From assembly GCA_051889215.1 (NCBI GenBank), contig JBJFDC010000003.1, forward strand, positions 7,456 through 71,455: a stretch of DNA of 64,000 nucleotides. The letters are read 5' to 3'. Shown piece after piece: positions 57,588 to 64,000 of this stretch. The first letter of the stretch is position 1. Each line of letters starts with the position of its first letter. Made by a program: the position numbers and the translations under genes. The DNA is from Christensenellales bacterium. Lineage in GTDB: Bacteria; Bacillota; Clostridia; Christensenellales; UBA1242. Below the pieces are notes generated by a model. It was not told the origin of the DNA. It saw only the letters and a list, made by a program, of their open reading frames with translations, and ran no database searches.

Positions 57588-58382
57588 TTAAATTTGGTAT
57601 TTTTTATAATACTCATCAAGAATTCCTCGATAAGTTTTCTTCCAAGGTTTGTTTGTTCCCAGATAATGAACAATGACATTGTTGTCATCAACCCACTTTT
57701 TGTCGATTTTATTTTTATGAAATCTGTTATATCGATTTATGTGCCTGTCAGATAAATTATATATAAATTTATCCACACATTTGACTCTGTCGCCAAAAAA
57801 TTTGAATATGACATCTTGATCATAAAGAGCCATTCTCCAGCCATTTCTTTTTATGAACTTAAAAATTTTTTCTGTATCAATAACCTTTCTCAATTCTTTC
57901 AAGTTGATAAGCAAAACACCTGAATTCAAATATATTGCATTCGGTCTTGTCGTCAATCTGATTCTGTTAAAAATGGTGAGCAATTTGCCGATTTGAGTGC
58001 AACCAACAAACAGATTGCCATCAAAATCTTGATTATATAAATTTGTAATATCCTTATGCACAATCAAATCACAATCGAGATATAAAACCCTATCAAGGTT
58101 TTGCGGCAACATAATTGGCGCAAAAATTCTATAATATATTTCATACGGATAGCGTTTGACTTTTGGTGCACCACAAAACAATGACTTGTCCATATAAACA
58201 AACTCAACTCTAATATTATTTTTAACCGAAGATAAAATTTTTTTTAAATCTTCATCATTCAAGTCACTATGCATGCAATAAACAACAAAATCAGATTTCG
58301 GATTGTTTTGTGACAGTGAATTGAGCATAGTCAAAAAATGTTTGATATATGACTTATTAATACTTGTCAAAATATTAATCAC
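57588..58382 (-). CDS. glycosyltransferase family 8 protein
   Basis: The YLDCD (DxD) motif and a general GT8 pattern. GTG start 7 nt after AGGAGG. Confidence 0.8.
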   Translation of the reverse strand: MINILTSINKSYIKHFLTMLNSLSQNNPKSDFVVYCMHSDLNDEDLKKILSSVKNNIRVEFVYMDKSLFCGAPKVKRYPYEIYYRIFAPIMLPQNLDRVLYLDCDLIVHKDITNLYNQDFDGNLFVGCTQIGKLLTIFNRIRLTTRPNAIYLNSGVLLINLKELRKVIDTEKIFKFIKRNGWRMALYDQDVIFKFFGDRVKCVDKFIYNLSDRHINRYNRFHKNKIDKKWVDDNNVIVHYLGTNKPWKKTYRGILDEYYKKYQI

Positions 58383-58520
58383 AAACTCTCCTCCTGATTT
58401 TTATTAGATTTTTAATATAAAAAGCTCAAAAATATAAAACCCATCTATCAATTTCAATGATACTCGTTGGGTCGAAACTTGTCAAATATTAGCATTTATT
58501 AGATAACAATTAGCAAAACA

Positions 58521-59141
58521 TTATTTGTTTTGTTGGATTTGTTTTGTTATATGTTTTTCCATTTTTTCAAGGCATTCATTGCAGCCAACAATTCTTGGTT
58601 TTGAAGAATAAAAGTCAACGTAATTAATTATTTTGTCATAGTCTCGCGTTGAGCGCGGAGCCAAAGCATATGTTCCAAGATTTTTATGAATTGCTTTTAT
58701 TATCATGAAAGCAGAAATATCTTCTTTGCTGTCACCCAAAAAGCACGCACCACAAACATCGCTTGGTCCATATTCTTTCAGCAAATAGCAAATTCCGTCC
58801 GCTTTTGAATAAGTACTTTTATCTGTGTCGCATTTGGCGATGACTTGACATTTTTTGTTCAACACTGTCCCCGCCGAAATCACGCAATCATCAATTCGCT
58901 CATAAATTGATGATTTAAAATTTTTATAAAAATAATCTATGCGAGAAAACAAATCTGACCGGTCAACCCCTGACACAAAGTGAATTTTGATTTGACAACA
59001 TAGTTCTTTTTCCAATCTTTCAACAATGTTTACAAAATCAGAAAATTGAGCATGAGAATCTCCAAACTCGTCCGAGTTTTTGTATGCTTCAAAAGTCGAG
59101 TCCAAATCACAAAACAAAAGAAAATACTTTTTATCAAACAT
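58521..59141 (-). CDS. HAD-superfamily hydrolase-like protein
   Basis: FCDLDSTF (DxDxT motif I) and GDSKED (motif IV-like). The ATG at 59141 is preferred over the GTG at 59156. Confidence 0.6.
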   Translation of the reverse strand: MFDKKYFLLFCDLDSTFEAYKNSDEFGDSHAQFSDFVNIVERLEKELCCQIKIHFVSGVDRSDLFSRIDYFYKNFKSSIYERIDDCVISAGTVLNKKCQVIAKCDTDKSTYSKADGICYLLKEYGPSDVCGACFLGDSKEDISAFMIIKAIHKNLGTYALAPRSTRDYDKIINYVDFYSSKPRIVGCNECLEKMEKHITKQIQQNK

Positions 59142-59143
59142 AG

Positions 59144-59180
59144 AAAAACACCTCACATCATAATATGCAGAGGTGTTTTA
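59144..59180 (-). terminator. possible terminator after jag
   Basis: AACACCTC-N15-GAGGTGTT with a T-run on the minus strand. The 3' arm contains the RBS of the downstream HAD gene. Confidence 0.4.
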
Positions 59181-59190
59181 AATTTGATTT

Positions 59191-60003
59191 TTAGTGTTTT
59201 GGAGCAATAATCAAATATCTGTTTGGTTCTGTTCCTTTTGAAAAAGTTGTCACATAGGCATCGTTTTGGAGTGCAGTGTGAATTATTCTTCTCTCATTTG
59301 GCGTCATTGGTTCAAGTTTGATTTGATGATGAGTCTTTGCCACTTTTCTTGCCATTCTATTTGCAAGAGCAATGAGAGTTGATTCTCTTTTTTCGCGATA
59401 ATTTTCGATGTCGAGAACAATTTTTGTTTTTTCTCCATCGCATCGTTGTTCAATGACATTAAGAAGATATTGAACGCCATTGAGGCAATCTCCACGATAA
59501 CCAATGAGTTCGCTAACTTTGTCGCCATTCACACAAACAACAATTCTGTCGCCTTCACGATAGCAGTTTATTTCTGCCTCAATGTTCATTTTTTCACAAA
59601 GTCCGCGCAAAAATTTAACACATTTTATGTCGTCAATTTTTTCACGTTCAACATTGTTTGTTGGCTCTTCTTCTTTTTTTGTTTCAAGTTGTTTAGGATT
59701 TTCATTAACTGATTCTCTTATTTCTTCAACAATCATTGTCTCTTCAACAACATTATGTTCTTCATCTTCAGAAATCAATTTTTTGATATCCAAAACTTCT
59801 TCAACATCTTTGATTTTTTCTTTTTTTGTTTGATATTTTTCTTGGCAATCTTCACTGATTGAAACAAGCACTCTTGCTTTTTTAAAAAGTCCACCCTCTT
59901 CCAAAATTTTTATGTCGCAATCTTCTCTTGGTGCTTTCAAATTAAGCAATGCATCTTCAATGGCTTTTTCAATGGATTTGCCAACTCCTTCATAAGATAA
60001 CAT
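59191..60003 (-). CDS. jag: Jag/KhpB RNA-binding protein (Jag_N, KH, R3H)
   Basis: N-terminal Jag_N-like domain, an acidic linker and a C-terminal R3H motif (NERRIIHTALQND). Conserved position after yidC. Confidence 0.85.
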   Translation of the reverse strand: MLSYEGVGKSIEKAIEDALLNLKAPREDCDIKILEEGGLFKKARVLVSISEDCQEKYQTKKEKIKDVEEVLDIKKLISEDEEHNVVEETMIVEEIRESVNENPKQLETKKEEEPTNNVEREKIDDIKCVKFLRGLCEKMNIEAEINCYREGDRIVVCVNGDKVSELIGYRGDCLNGVQYLLNVIEQRCDGEKTKIVLDIENYREKRESTLIALANRMARKVAKTHHQIKLEPMTPNERRIIHTALQNDAYVTTFSKGTEPNRYLIIAPKH

Positions 60004-60014
60004 TTTTTCTCCTT

Positions 60015-61070
60015 TTATTTTCGAGAGTAAGTTAATTTTTCTTTTCTTTTTCTTCTTTCTTCTTCTTTCTTTTCAACAACGTCCAAAATATTATTGCAAA
60101 GAGGTGTTGTGATGACAGCAAAAACAGAACTTGCAAGCATATAGAGCCCAAACACAGAGTTATAGAAAATTCCAAATATTCCCAAAACCAAAGGAAGAAT
60201 AATCATCATAACTTTGTTGGTTGGCATTTTTTTCTCTTGAAATTCGTTGTCTGTGAGTTTTTTCTTTTTGAATCTATATTTTTTGTTTGTGACGAATTGT
60301 TGCAAAAATGCAACTGCAATAATCAAAATTGCAATTCCAAAATAACCGTTTTGGTCTCTTGTGTTTTCGTCAACGACTGAAAAAATTTTGTTGTATTCCG
60401 CTTCTGCTTCTGCTTCTTCAGTTCTTTGCTCGTCACCAAGACCTGCCATATTTGCATAATCTGAAAATTTTGGAACAGGATTTTTTAATGGGGAATCCGC
60501 CATCCAAACATTTTCAATCCACAAAAATGATTCTTTTGTTTTGTTGTATTCTTCCAAAACTCTTGCTCGTGCTTCTTCTTCGTTGCTTACTGAAAAATCA
60601 GCTGGAATTTCTTCAACACTTTCAACACCATAGTATGCAAGTCTCAAATCTTCGTATTGTTGAGCGACTTTATAACTCGACATTTTGTTTAATCCTGCAA
60701 ACAATGTGAAAAACACAACCATTGTCAGAACCATGGTAAGCAATGTGACGAGGCAAGTTCCACCAACATTATAGTTGTGTTTTTTATAAACTTCCATCGT
60801 CTTTGCGTTGAGTTCTTTTTGGTTGTTTGCATATTTTTTCTTCAAAACGTCAAGTTCTGGTTGAATTTCCGCTTGTATTTTTGTGCTTTTTCTCGTGAAT
60901 TTTCTGTTTAGAAAATCAAATGGAAAAAGAACGAGTTTTATGACGAGTGTGAGACAAATGATTGCAAGAGCATAGTTTGCAATATTTGAATTGAACGCCA
61001 TAATAATTTTTTCCCAGACTCCTGTTGGTGCTTCAACAAGAAGTCGTCCAATTTGGTTTATAATAACCAT
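60015..61070 (-). CDS. yidC: membrane protein insertase YidC/Oxa1 family
   Basis: Conserved L..K..L.PF region, multiple TM helices and a Lys/Arg-rich C-terminal tail. Position after yidD-rnpA. Confidence 0.85.
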   Translation of the reverse strand: MVIINQIGRLLVEAPTGVWEKIIMAFNSNIANYALAIICLTLVIKLVLFPFDFLNRKFTRKSTKIQAEIQPELDVLKKKYANNQKELNAKTMEVYKKHNYNVGGTCLVTLLTMVLTMVVFFTLFAGLNKMSSYKVAQQYEDLRLAYYGVESVEEIPADFSVSNEEEARARVLEEYNKTKESFLWIENVWMADSPLKNPVPKFSDYANMAGLGDEQRTEEAEAEAEYNKIFSVVDENTRDQNGYFGIAILIIAVAFLQQFVTNKKYRFKKKKLTDNEFQEKKMPTNKVMMIILPLVLGIFGIFYNSVFGLYMLASSVFAVITTPLCNNILDVVEKKEEERRKRKEKLTYSRK

Positions 61071-61333
61071 CTTTCTTCTCCTTTCATGTCAAAAGGAATA
61101 AAATCAATTCCTCCAGCATTTTTTGGATTACATCTCAATATTCTCTTAAAAGCAATAAAACTTCCGCGAAATATGCCAAAGTGTTTGATTGCAAGAATGG
61201 CGTAAGTTGAACAAGTTGGATAAAACCTGCAAGTTTTTGGAATGAGTGGAGATATGCAAAATTTATAAAAATAAATTAATCCAATTCCCAAAAGTTTCAA
61301 AGGATAAAAAACTATATTAACAAATTTCTTCAT
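61058..61333 (-). CDS. yidD: membrane protein insertion efficiency factor YidD
   Basis: YK..ISP.....CRF.PTCS.YA..A....G...G......RI.RC.P motif. Confidence 0.85.
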   Translation of the reverse strand: MKKFVNIVFYPLKLLGIGLIYFYKFCISPLIPKTCRFYPTCSTYAILAIKHFGIFRGSFIAFKRILRCNPKNAGGIDFIPFDMKGEERWLL

Positions 61334-61667
61334 TCAATAATTTTGCCTTTTTCAAAACTTTTTTCATCTCATCAACAATTTCAAAAAATGTTATATCGAC
61401 AATTTCAGGTTTTGCAATAAAAACATAATTAAAATTGGGGTCAACACATTTTTGAATTTTGTTAAATGCCTCGGTCATACGCCTTTTCACTTTGCTTCGA
61501 ACAACACTTTTGCCAACTTTTTTGCTCACTGAAAAACCAATTTTGTTTGGTTGGTTTTTTGTTTTTAAAAAAACGACAGAAAGTGTGCGTGTGTGAGAAG
61601 CTTGTCCATGTTTATAGATGAACAAAAACTGCCTATTCTTGCGTAAACGATTTTCACTTTTTATCAT
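61317..61667 (-). CDS. rnpA: ribonuclease P protein component
   Basis: 116 aa, basic, with the RLRK...F..V motif. Sits immediately after rpmH. Confidence 0.85.
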   Translation of the reverse strand: MIKSENRLRKNRQFLFIYKHGQASHTRTLSVVFLKTKNQPNKIGFSVSKKVGKSVVRSKVKRRMTEAFNKIQKCVDPNFNYVFIAKPEIVDITFFEIVDEMKKVLKKAKLLNEEIC

Positions 61668-61679
61668 ATTTTGTCCGAA

Positions 61680-61814
61680 TTAGGCAGCAAGTCTTTTTCT
61701 GCCTCTGTTTCTTCTTCTCTTGAGAACTTTTCTTCCTGAAGTTGTCTTCATTCTTTCACGAAATCCATGAACTTTGCTTCTTTGTCTTTTCTTTGGTTGG
61801 TAAGTTCTTTTCAT
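61680..61814 (-). CDS. rpmH: 50S ribosomal protein L34 (absent from ORF track because it is under 60 aa)
   Basis: Hand translation: [44 protein letters not shown], then TAA. Confidence 0.95.
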   Translation of the reverse strand: MKRTYQPKKRQRSKVHGFRERMKTTSGRKVLKRRRNRGRKRLAA

Positions 61815-62083
61815 AATTCCTCCTTATTTTTTGACGCATGCAAAAAAGATAATCAAAATCTTTCCCCAAAAAAGTTTTAATATTTTTAACGCCTTGCGTA
61901 TTCTTTAAGTGTAAAACGAGTGATAGGAAAACTTAAAGTTGACATTTTGTCAGTCCTATATTATCCAATAAAACGTGTTTTGTCAATGATTTTTGAGTCA
62001 CGATATTTCATGAATTTATTTACACAATTAAAAACTGTTGTTATCAAATTTAAATTGTGATATAATGAAAAAAGGAGAAAGTC

Positions 62084-62548
62084 ATGAGAGGTTTTGAAAG
62101 AGTTACAGATAAATTTATTCAATATGGAGAAAAAGATATAAAACTTCCTGTCCGTGCAACAAAAAATGCCTGCGGCTATGATTTTTATAGTCCAATCGAC
62201 ATAACAATCAAGCCAATGCAAAGTGAACTTATTTGGACAAATGTCAAAGCATATTTCAACGATAATGAGGTTTTGTTTTTGTTTGTCACAAGCAAGATGG
62301 GAAAGCGTCATATCATGATTGCAAACGGCACAGGTGTGATTGAATGCGACTATTATGGAAATGAGTCAAACGATGGAAATCTTGGTTTCAGACTCATCAA
62401 TCTTGGCGACACAGACTACGAAATTCACAAGGGTGACAAAATTGGTCAAGGCGTGTTCACATATTTTTTGAAAGCAGACAATGAAGAAGAAGTCACAACA
62501 AAGAGAACCGGAGGTTTTGGTTCAACAAGCACCGGCTTTTCAAATTAA
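62084..62548 (+). CDS. dut: dUTP diphosphatase (trimeric dUTPase)
   Basis: A.GYDF, G.I..DY, G+.I.Q.VF and a C-terminal R.GGFGST motif. AAGGAG RBS and a TGATATAAT extended -10. Confidence 0.8.
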   Translation: MRGFERVTDKFIQYGEKDIKLPVRATKNACGYDFYSPIDITIKPMQSELIWTNVKAYFNDNEVLFLFVTSKMGKRHIMIANGTGVIECDYYGNESNDGNLGFRLINLGDTDYEIHKGDKIGQGVFTYFLKADNEEEVTTKRTGGFGSTSTGFSN

Positions 62549-62578
62549 TCAAATATTTGAAATAAAAATTTTAACAAC

Positions 62579-62611
62579 AAAAAAGTTAGAGTGTTGTGCT
62601 CTAACTTTTTT
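62579..62611. terminator. bidirectional rho-independent terminator
   Basis: AAGTTAGAG-N7-CTCTAACTT, flanked by an A-run and a T-run. Lies between convergent dut and dnaN. Confidence 0.65.
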
Positions 62612-62653
62612 ATGAATGTTTTATTTTGAGTTTATCTCCAAAAAGGACATTTA

Positions 62654-63757
62654 TTAGTTAATCATTCTTACTGGAAGAATAAGATACAGATATTCATTTC
62701 CTTCAACTGGTTTGATTACGCATGGGTTGATTGCGCTGTTAAAATTGATTGTGATGAACTCATCAGTGAGAACTCTCAAAGCGTCCATGAAATATGAAGC
62801 ATTAAAAGCAATATTCAGTTCTTTTCCGTCAAGAACAACATTGATATTTTCTTTGATGTTTCCAATTTCAGAATTTGAAGAAATAACCATATTTCTTTCT
62901 TTTATATCAAATTTGACAAGATTGTTTTGTCCAACTTTGCTCAAAAGTGAAGCACGTTCCAATGCTTGCTCAAGTTGTGCTTTGTTTACGGTTATTTTTG
63001 AGGCAAATGTGTTTGAAATGATTTGGTTGTAATTCAAAAACTCACCATCAATAAGACGTGTTATAATTTTTGTGTTTTTGAGGTCAACCATGAGATTATT
63101 TTGGTGAATATAAACATTAATAATGTCGTCGCTGTCTTCGAGAATTTTGCTGACTTCACTCAAACTTCTTGCTGGAACAACAACTCTAATTCTTCCTGAA
63201 GATGCAACAACTGGCTTTTGAATGTATGCAAGACGATATCCATCAAGTGCAACACCTTTGAGAATATTTTCCTCGACTTCAAGCAAGCAACCTTTCAAAA
63301 TTGGACGAGAATCATCAAGAGCAACAGCAAAATTAGATTTGTTTATAAGTGCTTTCAAATCTTTTTGTGTGATTCCAAAATAATTTCCGTTGTCAATTTT
63401 TTTGAGACTTGGATATTCAAGTGAATTCATACATTGAATATAGCCCTCACTATCACAATATTTGATTATAAGTTGATTGCTTTCATTAAGAGTGAGTTCG
63501 ATTTTTTCATTTGTAAGTTTTTTGACAAATTCAGAAAAAAATCTTCCTGGAACAACTGTTTCTCCTTCGATTTTTATATCTGCTTTTATTTTCTTTTCAA
63601 TCGAAAGTTCATAATCTGTTGCAGATAAGGTCAAAGTCCCATCTTCTGCCACAAGTTTGATTCCTTCCAAAATTGGATTTGTTGTTTTTGGATTTATTGC
63701 TTTTGATACTTTTATCACTGCATCAGACAAATCCAACCCATCACACATTAATTTCAT
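62654..63757 (-). CDS. dnaN: DNA polymerase III beta sliding clamp
   Basis: 367 aa with a three-domain clamp pattern (...NPILEGI.L......L.L.ATD......). AAGGAG RBS. Confidence 0.95.
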   Translation of the reverse strand: MKLMCDGLDLSDAVIKVSKAINPKTTNPILEGIKLVAEDGTLTLSATDYELSIEKKIKADIKIEGETVVPGRFFSEFVKKLTNEKIELTLNESNQLIIKYCDSEGYIQCMNSLEYPSLKKIDNGNYFGITQKDLKALINKSNFAVALDDSRPILKGCLLEVEENILKGVALDGYRLAYIQKPVVASSGRIRVVVPARSLSEVSKILEDSDDIINVYIHQNNLMVDLKNTKIITRLIDGEFLNYNQIISNTFASKITVNKAQLEQALERASLLSKVGQNNLVKFDIKERNMVISSNSEIGNIKENINVVLDGKELNIAFNASYFMDALRVLTDEFITINFNSAINPCVIKPVEGNEYLYLILPVRMIN

Positions 63758-63770
63758 TTTTTTGCTCCTT

Positions 63771-63960
63771 TATTAAAAGATTTATTTTATTTTTAAATAG
63801 TATTAATAGTAATAATAATTGTTGAAATGTGAATAACTTTTTTGACACACAATATATTGTTCTTGGAATATTTTCGACAATTTTCGAAACACAATATTTG
63901 GATTTTTGGAATGTGTGCAACCCTGTTTATAACCAAGTTTTTTTATACACATTTATACAT
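63771..63960. other. oriC-type element upstream of dnaN: AT-rich unwinding tract, DnaA-trio-like run, DnaA boxes
   Basis: Four elements:
- a 27-nt tract at 63771-63797 with a single G
- TAG TAT TAA TAG TAA TAA TAA at 63798-63818
- TGTGAATAA at 63828-63836 (8/9 to the DnaA box)
- TTATACACA at 63943-63951 (8/9) and TTATACATC at 63953-63961 (7/9)
dnaA itself would lie beyond the window edge. Confidence 0.55.
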
Positions 63961-64000
63961 CATTTTGTCAACAAGTCTTTTATGTCGGTGATATATACTT

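Noticed and set aside
61961-62311. 116-aa minus-strand ORF between rpmH and dnaN
   Set aside because: It is antisense to the dut gene and its promoter, and dut has clear dUTPase motifs and a strong RBS.

Overview
AT-rich (roughly one-third G+C by eye), densely packed chromosomal segment that looks like the origin-proximal region of a low-GC, anaerobic, spore-forming Firmicute (Clostridia-like). About 80% of genes are on the minus strand. They run away from a dnaA-dnaN-type origin element at the right edge, made of DnaA boxes, a DnaA-trio-like TAG/TAA run and an AT-rich tract immediately upstream of dnaN. Recognisable content:
- addAB
- a 17.6-kb surface and export cluster: a MacB-like ABC transporter, then an ABC-2 exporter translationally coupled to two giant surface proteins
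- lipid and cell-wall genes: an MGDG-synthase-like glycosyltransferase, cwlD, cls and a GT8 enzyme
- gmk, tsaD, prfB (with its programmed +1 frameshift) and helD
- an electron-bifurcating-type HydABC [FeFe] hydrogenase
- nrdDG, a MerR regulator, a U32 peptidase and leuS
- jag-yidC-yidD-rnpA-rpmH, dut and dnaN

I found no CRISPR array, cas gene, integrase, transposase, reverse transcriptase or restriction gene.

The one locus I cannot explain with known feature types is the 1.1-kb gene-free region after nrdG (47163-48259). A promoter drives a tandem array of tRNA-Ile look-alikes whose loops carry GC-rich, tetraloop-rich insertions. The array ends in the single intact tRNA-Ile(GAU). About 180 bp further on there is a stand-alone tRNA 3' half with a T-loop insertion that is nearly the reverse complement of the upstream anticodon-loop insertion.

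Two real genes are missing from the ORF track: an edge-truncated 615-codon minus-strand ORF at 1-1845, and rpmH.
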